Below, one piece after another: positions 26,909 to 35,473 of a DNA stretch of 64,000 nucleotides; the first letter of the stretch is position 1, and each line of letters begins with the position of its first letter. The DNA is from Nitrospirota bacterium (GTDB lineage: Bacteria; Nitrospirota; Thermodesulfovibrionia; Thermodesulfovibrionales; JdFR-88). Where the stretch lies: NCBI GenBank assembly GCA_021813765.1, contig JAKAJM010000003.1:8883-72882 (forward strand), in the 5' to 3' direction. The notes under the pieces were generated by a model. It searched no databases. It saw only the letters and a program-made list of their open reading frames with translations, and had not been told where the DNA came from. A program made the translations under genes and the position numbers.

Positions 26909-27613
26909 TCACTGTTTTGCTCCCGCTTTTTCCAGAACGGCCACGATGTCGTAATGCTCGTTTTCCTTTGCCAGCTTTTCAGCGGTTTTGCCCTTGTAAT
27001 CCGTCGCATTCACATCCGCCCCTTTGGAGATGAGCAGCTTCACAAGGTCCATTCTGCCCCATCCCGCCGCATACATAAGCGGCGTCTCCCCAAGGCTGGC
27101 TAACGAATAGACTCCCTTGTTGCTCACATTTACACTCGCACCGTTATCTATCAGCAGCTCCATAATGTCCGCATGGCCGTTCTCGGCCGCTACGATCAGC
27201 GCCGTCGTGCCATCGTTTTTTTTGGCGTTTACATCCGCCCCCTTGGCTATCAGCAGTTTCACCATGTCCATCTTTCCCCACCGTATCGCATACATCAGCG
27301 CTGTCGCCCCGTTATTGTCCGCCGCATTTATATTGGCCCCTTTGCTTAGCAGAAGATTCACCACTGGCGCTCTGCCGTTCATGGCCGCATACATTAACGC
27401 TGTCGCTCCGTCATTGTCCGTCGCATTTATATTGGCCCCATGGTCAAGCAGAGATTGCAACTGAAGCGGAGTGCCATCATCAGCCGCCTCGGAGATAAGC
27501 TGCTTGCTTGGCCCTCCGGCCAATGCGGCGGAAGCAAAGAAGCAAGTGCAAAGTATTGCCGCCGGGGAAAAAAGAAATGTGAAAAGGAAAAGAAAAGACC
27601 TGTTTGTCTTCAA
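26909..27613 (-). CDS. Exported ankyrin-repeat protein
   Basis: 234 aa. The TTG start has AGGAGGG 9 nt upstream. The signal peptide is 'MKTNRSFLFLFTFLFSPAAILCTCFFASAALA'. About 5-6 ANK repeats follow ('DGATALMYAAMNGRAPVVNLLLSKGANINA', 'NGATALMYAIRWGKMDMVKLLIAKGADVNA'...). Confidence 0.88.
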   Translation of the reverse strand: MKTNRSFLFLFTFLFSPAAILCTCFFASAALAGGPSKQLISEAADDGTPLQLQSLLDHGANINATDNDGATALMYAAMNGRAPVVNLLLSKGANINAADNNGATALMYAIRWGKMDMVKLLIAKGADVNAKKNDGTTALIVAAENGHADIMELLIDNGASVNVSNKGVYSLASLGETPLMYAAGWGRMDLVKLLISKGADVNATDYKGKTAEKLAKENEHYDIVAVLEKAGAKQ

Positions 27614-27702
27614 ATTTTTTACCCTCCTGGCCCCTGGCGTAAACGGAGCCTCACGCCGCTTAGCCGGGCAGCATCGGTATTTCGCACTATTTCAAGCGTT
27701 TC

Positions 27703-27732
27703 ATAATACTTCTGAAGGCCGGGGCCGGTCAA
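27703..27732 (-). promoter_or_regulatory. Sigma70-like promoter for the ankyrin gene (TTGACC-N18-TATTAT)
   Basis: On the minus strand, TTGACC is at 27732-27727 and TATTAT at 27708-27703, about 90 nt upstream of the TTG start. Confidence 0.4.
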
Positions 27733-28010
27733 GTTTTTGCTACTTTTTGGGGGAGGGCGTTTTTTCATGTTCCGGCAATTGCGTTTGCCGTGCGTCCTTG
27801 AATTCAGGGGCGTGGAATGATCCGTCAGCGAATTGGGGGCTGCAGGTTTCGGCTCGCTAAAGACCGGCAATATGGCTTTAACGATGGCATTTTCAAAACA
27901 CCTTTAAGATGGCTGAACCGGTAATCAGGCTTTGAAGTAATGGCACAATGGCCGCAATCCGTTATGAAGGATGCCGCTCCAGGGCCGTGTGGACAGCCGG
28001 TGTGCCAGGA

Positions 28011-28069
28011 CAAAAAAAGATCCGGGCGCCGGCAAGTTTTTAATTTAAACAGCGGGGCCCGGATCTTTT
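28011..28069 (-). terminator. Terminator after the Cys-rich small protein gene
   Basis: A 10-13 bp stem (aaaagatccgggc / gcccggatctttt) encloses a 29-nt loop. On the minus strand it is followed by a T-run. Confidence 0.5.
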
Positions 28070-28086
28070 GTCTGTTGCTGAAATTC

Positions 28087-28398
28087 CTACCACGTTTTTT
28101 TCTTGCTGCACAGGCAATACCAAAGCGGAATCTCCGTTTTCGTCACAGTGGGCGTAGCGTAACAGACGTACTGTTTGTAATGCTCGGCCGTCTGGTTGCA
28201 GGTGCACTGTGCCTCGAATTGGTTTTCGGCCTCAAAAAGCTGTGTTTGCCCTCCAGAAAGAATGGGTATGGCGCCAGGTTTGCAGATTTTTCCCTTCATG
28301 GCTTCGCCCGCCTGGCTGCCGTTGTCCTGTGCGAAAACCGTTGCGCACAAGCCCAATACGACAAACAACACTGCAAGACAAATCATGACTTTTTTCAT
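28087..28398 (-). CDS. Small exported Cys-rich protein (103 aa), hypothetical
   Basis: AGGAGG SD is present. The signal peptide is 'MKKVMICLAVLFVVLGLCATVFA/QD'. The mature part contains 6 Cys (CK..., CTC, C, CLC). Confidence 0.65.
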   Translation of the reverse strand: MKKVMICLAVLFVVLGLCATVFAQDNGSQAGEAMKGKICKPGAIPILSGGQTQLFEAENQFEAQCTCNQTAEHYKQYVCYATPTVTKTEIPLWYCLCSKKKTW

Positions 28399-28488
28399 CT
28401 TGCCTCCTTTTTTCCGGAGAAAAATATTTTTCTTCCGGAGACCGTTATTGTTTTGGGCTGTGATTGGAACGCGAAACTTTATATCTAA

Positions 28489-28517
28489 GATTTATCAAAG
28501 TGCGCCGGGGATGTCAA
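28489..28517 (-). promoter_or_regulatory. Sigma70-like promoter for the Cys-rich protein gene (TTGACA-N17-TAAATC)
   Basis: On the minus strand, TTGACA is at 28517-28512 and TAAATC at 28494-28489. Confidence 0.35.
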
Positions 28518-28551
28518 GGAGTTGCAAAAAGCTGCTTTGGCCCGGGGATTC

Positions 28552-28591
28552 CCCCGCCCCTGCGCTTCCCGGGCAGAAGCGCAGGGCGGGG
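28552..28591 (-). terminator. Very GC-rich 16-bp hairpin immediately after the pilQ stop
   Basis: On the minus strand, ccccgccctgcgcttc - tgcccgg - gaagcgcaggggcgggg has one bulge. There is no adjacent U-tract, so this is a terminator, attenuator or processing stem. Confidence 0.45.
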
Positions 28592-28597
28592 TCCCAT

Positions 28598-30730
28598 TTA
28601 CATGTTCTTGACTATCCTTGGCGTTATCAGGATGAGAAGCTCGGAGGGGTTGGGCCCGTTTATCGTCCTTGTCTTGAAGAGGTTGCCCAGCAGCGGTATT
28701 TTGTCCAGCAGCGGTATGCCGGAAACCGAGGTGTTCTCGTTCGTCGTGTATATGCCGCCTATGACCAGGGTGTCGCCGTCCTTTACGAGCGCCTGGGTGT
28801 TTACGTTCTTCCTGTTTATCGCATAGCCCTGGGGCGTAAGCTGGCCAAGGCTGTCGTTTGCCGCAGTGACCTTCAGCTGCACGTAGCCGTCCGGGGTTAT
28901 CCTTGGGGTGACGGTAAGGTTCAGGTTCGCGTTCACGAACTGTGTTGTCGTCCCAGCCGCCGTAGTGGTCTGCACAGGTATGCTTGTGCCCTGCTGTATG
29001 CTTGCGGACTCGTTGTCTATGGTGAGGACCCTTGGGTTGGCAAGGCTTCTTGCATGGTTCACCGTTTCGAGGGCCTCGATCGAAAGCTGAAGCGAAAGGG
29101 CGTTTGCGGTGCCAAGCGCGAAGGCGGCCGCCCCGACCGGCGAAGTGGCTGTGCCCGCTGTTGCCCCCGCAGTGGCAACGGGCGTATTGGCCGAGAAGTT
29201 GAAGTTCTGCTGGAAGCCTGGCTGCCCGAAGGGGGTAGACTGGCCTGCCACATTTGAGATGTTCTGTGTGCCGCCCCACCTTATGCCAAGGCTCTGGGTG
29301 TAGGAACTGTCCACTTCCACTATCTGGGCCTCTATCATCACCTGGGGTTTGGCCACGTCTATTATTTTCACCAGGTTCTTTATCTTGTCTATCTGGGACG
29401 GAATGTCCTTTATTATCAGGGTGTTGGTACGGGCATCAGTGGTAATGTTGCCGCGCGGGCTAAGCAGTTTTGCGCTGTTTATGTCTGCAGTGACGTCGGC
29501 GGCGGAGGCGTAGTTGAGTTTTATGACCTCCTGGACGGTGCTCTCGGAGCTCTGGGTGGTCTTCTTGAGCTCGGCCTTTGCCCGGTCCCAGGCGGCAAAC
29601 TGGCTAAGCGGAGCGATGGTCATGACGTTGCCGTCTATCTCCTTGCCAAGGCTGAAGGTGTTAAGCAGAATATTCAGGGCCTGCTCCCATGGCACATCCT
29701 TCAGGTTGAGCGTTATGGTGCCCTGAACGCTTGGGGCAACCACCACGTTATAGCCGCCCACCTTCCCAAGCAGCATGAATATGGGCACTATGTTGGCGTT
29801 CTCGAAGCGAAGCGATATCTTCTGCCCGGGCTTTGGCGCCGGCCCGGCCGCAGCCTCGGCAGTCTTGGCCGGGGGCGCGGATACCACGGTTTTTGCTGTT
29901 TCCTGCGGCGCTTTTTCAGGAACCGGCATGGCTATCGTAAGCGTGTCACCCGCAGCCATGGCCTGGTAACGGGTATGTTTTTCTAAGTCTATAACCAGCC
30001 GGAGTTTTCCGGGGTAGAAGCCGTACCTGATGGCCCTTGCCGGGGAGACCACCTCTTCCGGCCCGGGCGCCGGTTTTGTGATACCCGGGAGGTCTATGAC
30101 TATTCTGCCCCGCAATGAAAAAATGCGCGGCCGTAACGTGCCGTCTCCCTTTATCACAAGGTCCACTGAACCAGGCTTGCGCTTAAACTCGATGGATGTA
30201 ATTTTCGTGGCCGCTGCGCCCGTGGGTGCAGTCTGTGTCTTTGCCTCCTTGCCGGCCCCGTTCACGACCGCGGCATAAGAGCCCGCCTGCGGGTCCGTGC
30301 CGGAGGAGGTCTTTGTCCTTTGCGCGGTCTGCGCCTCTGAATGCTGGACCGCAAGATTGAACACGCCGGCGTCAAGAGATGGTTTTATGGTAGCCGGGCG
30401 GTCAAGGAGTATCTGCACCTTGGCTCCCTTGTTGCCGTTGCTCACATCCACGGAGGTTATTCCCTTTACTTTAGGGTTTATCTGGCCTGCGGCCGCGCCC
30501 GCCGACACGCCCGGCAACTGGACGACGACCTTGTAGGGGTCCGTATTGTACATCGTGTAAGTGAACGGGCCGTCTATCTTTACCTGTAGCAGATAGTCCT
30601 TCACCTGCACCCACTTTATGGCGGCCGTTTCAGCGCGGCAGGAACTTGCCGCCCAGAATGAGCCCAGGACTGACAATACCCCTGTTATGAAAAAAAGGAC
30701 GATTGCGGTTTTCAGTTTGACGGCTCTCAT
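28598..30730 (-). CDS. pilQ: Type IV pilus secretin PilQ
   Basis: 710 aa. It has a signal peptide, N-terminal AMIN-like repeats and a C-terminal secretin domain ('GIPLLDKIPLLGNLFK'). It is the last gene of pilMNOPQ. Confidence 0.93.
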   Translation of the reverse strand: MRAVKLKTAIVLFFITGVLSVLGSFWAASSCRAETAAIKWVQVKDYLLQVKIDGPFTYTMYNTDPYKVVVQLPGVSAGAAAGQINPKVKGITSVDVSNGNKGAKVQILLDRPATIKPSLDAGVFNLAVQHSEAQTAQRTKTSSGTDPQAGSYAAVVNGAGKEAKTQTAPTGAAATKITSIEFKRKPGSVDLVIKGDGTLRPRIFSLRGRIVIDLPGITKPAPGPEEVVSPARAIRYGFYPGKLRLVIDLEKHTRYQAMAAGDTLTIAMPVPEKAPQETAKTVVSAPPAKTAEAAAGPAPKPGQKISLRFENANIVPIFMLLGKVGGYNVVVAPSVQGTITLNLKDVPWEQALNILLNTFSLGKEIDGNVMTIAPLSQFAAWDRAKAELKKTTQSSESTVQEVIKLNYASAADVTADINSAKLLSPRGNITTDARTNTLIIKDIPSQIDKIKNLVKIIDVAKPQVMIEAQIVEVDSSYTQSLGIRWGGTQNISNVAGQSTPFGQPGFQQNFNFSANTPVATAGATAGTATSPVGAAAFALGTANALSLQLSIEALETVNHARSLANPRVLTIDNESASIQQGTSIPVQTTTAAGTTTQFVNANLNLTVTPRITPDGYVQLKVTAANDSLGQLTPQGYAINRKNVNTQALVKDGDTLVIGGIYTTNENTSVSGIPLLDKIPLLGNLFKTRTINGPNPSELLILITPRIVKNM

Positions 30731-30732
30731 CT

Positions 30733-31254
30733 CTATTCCTCCTGCTTGCGCAGCTTCAAAATTATCGTATGGACGGTGCGCCTCCCCCTGAAATCGGTCG
30801 TGACCTCGCGCACCGCTACATAATCGGAACCGATCTTTGTCACTTCCCCACCGTTAAGGCCGACCTTTTTGCCCCTGCTCAGGATGTAATCCTTCCCGTT
30901 GGGAAGTCTTACCAGCGCATAGGAAGGCGCCCCGCTCCTGGTTACGATGGCCTCCAGGACGAACTCCGATACCGCGTACTGCTCGAGCGGCGGCTGGCCA
31001 AGGACGCTCTTTTTCTTTTGCGCCTGCTGGGCGACGTACACGAGGGACAAAAACGGGTCCCGCCTGCCGCCTGACTGGTATGTATATGCCTCGTCTTCCG
31101 GGCCCTGCTGTTGCGGGTTGCCCTGTGCGGCCGGTTTCTGAGGCGCTGCCGCTGCCTTGTCCGCCGGGTATGCGGGGCAGCTAAGTGAAAGAATCCCGGC
31201 GATAAGCGGCAGGATGAAAAGCGCCCGTTTTGTTTTTGCCGTCAGCCCTTTCAT
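30733..31254 (-). CDS. pilP: Type IV pilus assembly protein PilP
   Basis: 173 aa. It has a lipobox-like 'ILSLSC', a Pro/Ala/Gln-rich linker and a C-terminal beta domain ('RDPF', 'GKKVGLNGGEVTKI'). Its position lies between pilO and pilQ. Confidence 0.85.
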   Translation of the reverse strand: MKGLTAKTKRALFILPLIAGILSLSCPAYPADKAAAAPQKPAAQGNPQQQGPEDEAYTYQSGGRRDPFLSLVYVAQQAQKKKSVLGQPPLEQYAVSEFVLEAIVTRSGAPSYALVRLPNGKDYILSRGKKVGLNGGEVTKIGSDYVAVREVTTDFRGRRTVHTIILKLRKQEE

Positions 31255-31838
31255 TATTTCGACAGTCCTCCGGGCTGAGCGGCGGTAAAGGTAAGGGCTG
31301 TAAACCTTATGTTCAGGACTGCTTCGCTGCCGTTTGGCCTTGGCCCGCTCAACGAGATGTTCTCAATGTTCACGATGCGTTTAAGCCTGGTGAGGGCACT
31401 GAAAAACCTGCCCAGCCGGTGGTAGCTGCCGGTCATAGTTACGCTTACCGGCACCTGGTACACGATATGGCTTGGATGCAGCGTTCTAACGCCCGGCTTC
31501 CAGGTTATTATCTGCAGCCCCTCTCTCATGGCGGCGTCCGAGACCTGGGCCAGCAGCTGAGACACCTCTTTTTCCTCCGGAAGCTGCTCGCTTAGGGACT
31601 GAAGCCTGCTTTTGAGCCTTTCGTTTTCCGCTTTCAGTATGTCCAGTCTGGAAGCCATCCCCCCGGTTCTGGCTATTTCGTCTTCCTGGGAGGATATTGC
31701 GGCCACCTGTGTTTTTATCTCCCTGCTCTTGGGGACAAGCAGAAGAAGCGCAAATATCACAGAATATATCACCGCCGGCGCAACGGCCAGGGCGATGCGC
31801 GCGGGCTTGCCCAGGGTGTCAAGTTTTATCTTAGCCAT
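31254..31838 (-). CDS. pilO: Type IV pilus assembly protein PilO
   Basis: 194 aa. It has an N-terminal TM, a coiled coil and a ferredoxin-like C-terminus. Its position and overlaps fit the operon. Confidence 0.85.
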   Translation of the reverse strand: MAKIKLDTLGKPARIALAVAPAVIYSVIFALLLLVPKSREIKTQVAAISSQEDEIARTGGMASRLDILKAENERLKSRLQSLSEQLPEEKEVSQLLAQVSDAAMREGLQIITWKPGVRTLHPSHIVYQVPVSVTMTGSYHRLGRFFSALTRLKRIVNIENISLSGPRPNGSEAVLNIRFTALTFTAAQPGGLSK

Positions 31839-32442
31839 TTGACTTCACCTTCATTGTCAGGCTGAAACTGTAGACCTCAACGCCGCTTATAGAGCTTTTG
31901 GACGTGCCCACAAGATATACATCGGTAAAAAGCGCCGAACCCTTGAGGCTTTGGACGAACTGCACGATGTCATCGTTCGTGTAGCCGAAGCCGCTCATCT
32001 GGATGTTGTCCGCGACGCCTCCGCCTGCGGGCTTTGCGGGCCCCTTTTTGATCTTTTTGACCGGAAGCGACGGCGCTGGGGATATGCCAAGGGCGCTAAG
32101 CCATACCCCGTCAGTAAGCCGCGTGCTTATCTCGTCCAGTATCTTTACCGGCAGCGCCTGGTTCTGCCTGAGCTGCTCGATTATCTGTTTTCTCTGGTCG
32201 AACTTTTCGTTTAATTTTTCAAACTTCTGGACTTCCGCGATCTTGGACTGGAGCATCGCCAGTTTTGCGTCGTTGCTGGCCTTCTGCTGCTTCAGGGAGG
32301 CGAGCCTGCCCTTCATCGAATAATCGAAAAAGAAGGTCACGATGACCGCAAGAAGGAGGAGGCCAAGGCCCGCCATTACGAAGGAGGGTATTTTCCTGGC
32401 TTTTTTGCGCCTCTTGTGCTGCAGGAGGTTTATCTTTATCAT
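31831..32442 (-). CDS. pilN: Type IV pilus assembly protein PilN
   Basis: 203 aa. The N-terminal 'MIKINLL' motif is the conserved PilM-binding peptide. A TM and a coiled coil follow. Confidence 0.88.
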   Translation of the reverse strand: MIKINLLQHKRRKKARKIPSFVMAGLGLLLLAVIVTFFFDYSMKGRLASLKQQKASNDAKLAMLQSKIAEVQKFEKLNEKFDQRKQIIEQLRQNQALPVKILDEISTRLTDGVWLSALGISPAPSLPVKKIKKGPAKPAGGGVADNIQMSGFGYTNDDIVQFVQSLKGSALFTDVYLVGTSKSSISGVEVYSFSLTMKVKSNG

Positions 32443-33491
32443 CTGTCGTCGGGCCTTCTCATGGCTAGGCCCACCGCCACCGCCGCTATGGGACCGGTTT
32501 CCTCAAGCAGCGTCCTGTCAAACCGTTTGGGTATGGAAATGGTCCTGAACGGCTCCGCCAGACTTACTTCGACCCCGGTCTTTCTGGCCAGCTCCTTTGG
32601 GAAATCTTTAAGGAGCGCTCCCCCTCCGGACAGTATCACCCTGCTAGTCTCTTCATGAACAGTGGTGGTCTGGAAATATTCAAGCGAGCGCGTTATCTCG
32701 GTCAGTATCTCCTCGTATGCCGCAAGCATCACCCCGAAAGCGCCCTCGGGGCTGACCCCTTCCACCTCTTCGCCCCGCTGCAGCTTCTCCGCGTTATCAT
32801 ACGTAAGGTGAAACTCCTTTTGAAGGGCCTCGGTCACGCTGTTTGCGCCGATGGAGCTGTCCCTGGTGAAAACAGATATCCCGTTTTTTACAACGTTCAG
32901 ATTTATAGTGCGGGCGCCCAGGTTCACCAGCGCTATGTTCCTGCCCGCTTCTATCTCGTAGTTCATCTCATGCATGTTGCTAAGGGCAAAGGCGTTTACG
33001 TCCACCGCCACCGGGACCAGCCCGGCTTCCTTCACCACATTGACATATTCATTGATAATGTCCTTTTTTACGGCCACAAGCATCACGTCCATCTGCCCGG
33101 GTTCCTCTTTGGGGCCCAGTATCTGGAAATCCACGCTTACGTCCTCGATATCAAAGGGAACGTACTGCTCGGCCTCGAACCTGATGGACTCCTCAAGCTC
33201 CTCTTCAGTCATCTCCGGCAGGGATATGCGCCTTATTATCACGGAGGCATGGCCGGCAATGCCTATTACCACGTTCTTTGTCTTTATTCTGGCTTTCTTG
33301 ACAAGCTGCCTGAGGGCCTCCACCAGCCGGATGGAGTCTATGATGGAGCCGTCCACGATAAGCTCCGGAGGCAGGTGTACCATGTCGAAAAGCTCAAGCT
33401 CGTATCCGCCACGCTTCTCTTTTAGCTGGACAGCTTTAATATAGCTGGAGCCGATATCGAGCCCGAAAGATGCTCTTCCCCCGAAAAACAT
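32439..33491 (-). CDS. pilM: Type IV pilus assembly ATPase-like protein PilM
   Basis: 350 aa with an actin/FtsA-like fold ('FGLDIGSSYIKAVQL'). The pilN start overlaps the pilM stop (ATGA). Confidence 0.92.
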   Translation of the reverse strand: MFFGGRASFGLDIGSSYIKAVQLKEKRGGYELELFDMVHLPPELIVDGSIIDSIRLVEALRQLVKKARIKTKNVVIGIAGHASVIIRRISLPEMTEEELEESIRFEAEQYVPFDIEDVSVDFQILGPKEEPGQMDVMLVAVKKDIINEYVNVVKEAGLVPVAVDVNAFALSNMHEMNYEIEAGRNIALVNLGARTINLNVVKNGISVFTRDSSIGANSVTEALQKEFHLTYDNAEKLQRGEEVEGVSPEGAFGVMLAAYEEILTEITRSLEYFQTTTVHEETSRVILSGGGALLKDFPKELARKTGVEVSLAEPFRTISIPKRFDRTLLEETGPIAAVAVGLAMRRPDDR

Positions 33492-33673
33492 GAAATATAT
33501 TTGCAGAAAAAAAATTAAAAGTCAACAATTGCAATATTATTTACGGGCTTCAAACGGGTGAATTAACATTTTGGTTTAAAGTTGGATGGAAAAGCCCTAT
33601 TTTTAAGTGATTTTTGTCACATTTCGAGGCCGCGCGCTTGACTCTTTGCTTTTTCGTGGGCTTTAATAAACGG

Positions 33674-34435
33674 ATGAGAAAGATTCTGTCTTGCACCTTC
33701 CCGCTTTTTATTATACTGCTTTTTATGTCCGCATGTGCGAAAAAACAGGTGGTAAAAGCCCAGCCTTTAAGCCCCGCGAACTCCTTTGCCAGGGCCAACG
33801 CGCTTTTTAATAAAAAGGACTACGACAAGGCCCTTAGGCTATTCAGAATGGTAAAGGTCAGGGACGTCTCCGGCAAGATAGCGCCCCTTGCGGCCCTCAG
33901 GATCGCCAACTGCTACGAGAAGCAGGATGAGCCGGATTCGGCCATAGAGGCATACAGGAAGTTCCTGGACACTTACCCTGACAACATGTATGCGCCGTAT
34001 GCCCAGTACCGGATTGCAATGATCTATTTCAGCCAGATACAGGGATACGACAGGGGCTACGGAGCGGCAAAAAAAGCCCTTGAGGAATTCCGGAAACTGA
34101 AAATGCTCTACCCGAGGAACCCGTACAAGGACTCGATAGCAATGCACATAAGCCGTTGCAGATACATAATGGCCAGTTACGAGTTCATGGTGGGCAACTT
34201 CTATTACAAGAAAAAGGCTTACCGTGGGGCGCTTGGCCGGTTCGAGGGTATCATGCAGGATTATCCCGATTTCGTCAGGATGCCCCAGGTGCTTTATCTT
34301 GCGGCCTCGTCCTGCCGTGCGCTCGGAGACGCCAGCAAGGCCGCCCTGTATGTCGGCCAGCTTGAAAAGAGATGGCCGGACAGCGTATATGCAGCCAAGG
34401 CGAAAAAGAAAAAGCTTGCCTGGGCCGGCAAATAG
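33674..34435 (+). CDS. bamD: Outer-membrane protein assembly factor BamD (TPR lipoprotein)
   Basis: The lipobox is 'LLFMSAC'. TPR-like helices are present ('AIEAYRKFLDTYPDNMYAPYAQYRIAMIYF','YPDFVRMPQVLYLAASSC'). I took the start at ATG 33674 rather than 33614. Confidence 0.8.
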   Translation: MRKILSCTFPLFIILLFMSACAKKQVVKAQPLSPANSFARANALFNKKDYDKALRLFRMVKVRDVSGKIAPLAALRIANCYEKQDEPDSAIEAYRKFLDTYPDNMYAPYAQYRIAMIYFSQIQGYDRGYGAAKKALEEFRKLKMLYPRNPYKDSIAMHISRCRYIMASYEFMVGNFYYKKKAYRGALGRFEGIMQDYPDFVRMPQVLYLAASSCRALGDASKAALYVGQLEKRWPDSVYAAKAKKKKLAWAGK

Positions 34436-34489
34436 CGGCGCGGCACGATAAAAACAAACAAAAACAAAACAAAAACTCCAAAACGGAAA

Positions 34490-35119
34490 ATGTCCCTCTA
34501 TCCGGCTTTCCTTGATCTGAAGGGGAGAAGATGCGTGGTCGTTGGCGGCGGCCGGGTCGCCCAGAGAAAGGTCGGTCCTCTCCTGAGGGCGGGTGCCCGG
34601 ATATGGATCTACAGCCCAACGCTTACCCCCGTGCTTGACAGGCTCAAGGAAAAGGGCCTCATAAGACATCTCCCGCGGCGATGCGACAGTCGCGGGCTTA
34701 AAGGGGCAAGCCTGGTCTTCTGTGCGACGGACCTGCATGAGGAAAATGAAAGAATAGCATCCATGGCGCGCGGGCTCGGCATCCCGGTTAACGTGGCCTC
34801 CGGAGACGCGCAGTCAACCCTCATCGTGCCTTCGGCAGTAAGAAGGGGGCCCCTCATGATAGCCGTAAGCACATCCGGGGCAAGCCCGGCGATGAGCAAG
34901 GGTATAAGGTTAGAGCTCCAAAAGTACTACGGGGCCGGGTTTTCGGGTTACCTGAAAGGTCTCTCCAGACTGAGACAAAAGGCCCTCAAAGACCTTCCCC
35001 CGGCCAAAAGAAGACGCCTCTTCAAGAGGCTCGGTTCCTCTGATATAATTAGACGCATAAGGGCAGGCGATATCAGCTCCCCGGAAGACGCGCTCCAGGA
35101 CCTTTCCCCTGAAGGGTAA
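34490..35119 (+). CDS. Precorrin-2 dehydrogenase / sirohydrochlorin ferrochelatase (siroheme synthase N-terminal domain type)
   Basis: 209 aa. 'YPAFLDLKGRRCVVVGGGRVAQRKV' is the characteristic Rossmann N-terminus of CysG-N/SirC/Met8. Confidence 0.85.
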   Translation: MSLYPAFLDLKGRRCVVVGGGRVAQRKVGPLLRAGARIWIYSPTLTPVLDRLKEKGLIRHLPRRCDSRGLKGASLVFCATDLHEENERIASMARGLGIPVNVASGDAQSTLIVPSAVRRGPLMIAVSTSGASPAMSKGIRLELQKYYGAGFSGYLKGLSRLRQKALKDLPPAKRRRLFKRLGSSDIIRRIRAGDISSPEDALQDLSPEG

Positions 35120-35256
35120 ATTGCCAAAAACAGAATTTTATGTTCTCCGGACCGGCCCGGTAAAACAAGACCCGGCCGGAAAAAACAAGCAGAAAAGAAA
35201 AGCAAAGCAAAAACCTCAAAAAACAGCGGTGAGAAAGACCCAAAAAAGGAGGTCAC

Positions 35257-35445
35257 ATGAACACGAAAAATGCTGGCGGTATGTTGATTTCTTTTACTCT
35301 TGGCGGGTTGCTGGGGGCCGGGGTGGCCCTGCTGTTTGCCCCGCGCTCGGGCGAAAAGACCAGGAGGAAGATACTTACTGCCCTGGATGACGCCAAAGAG
35401 AACATCTCTGGTTATGCAGGGCGGGTAAAGGCAAGGTTCGTCTAA
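35257..35445 (+). CDS. YtxH-like small membrane-associated protein
   Basis: 62 aa. 'GGLLGAGVALLFAPRSGEKTRRKI' is the YtxH signature. An AGGAGG SD is present. Confidence 0.7.
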   Translation: MNTKNAGGMLISFTLGGLLGAGVALLFAPRSGEKTRRKILTALDDAKENISGYAGRVKARFV

Positions 35446-35473
35446 TTTTACCGTTTTGATTTGATTTGATCTG

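Noticed and set aside
27941-27956. Sigma54-like TGGCAC-N5-ccGCa element as a functional promoter
   Set aside because: The -12 element is imperfect, and it points into the 3' end of a convergent gene with no downstream ORF. I kept it only as part of the note on the unexplained spacer.
28196-29279. 353-aa plus-strand and 264-aa minus-strand ORFs
   Set aside because: They overlap pilQ out of frame or antisense. They are Arg/Gly/Pro-rich junk, and pilQ is clearly the real gene.
33839-34738. 299-aa minus-strand ORF
   Set aside because: It is antisense to bamD and the siroheme-synthase-like gene. It has no motifs.
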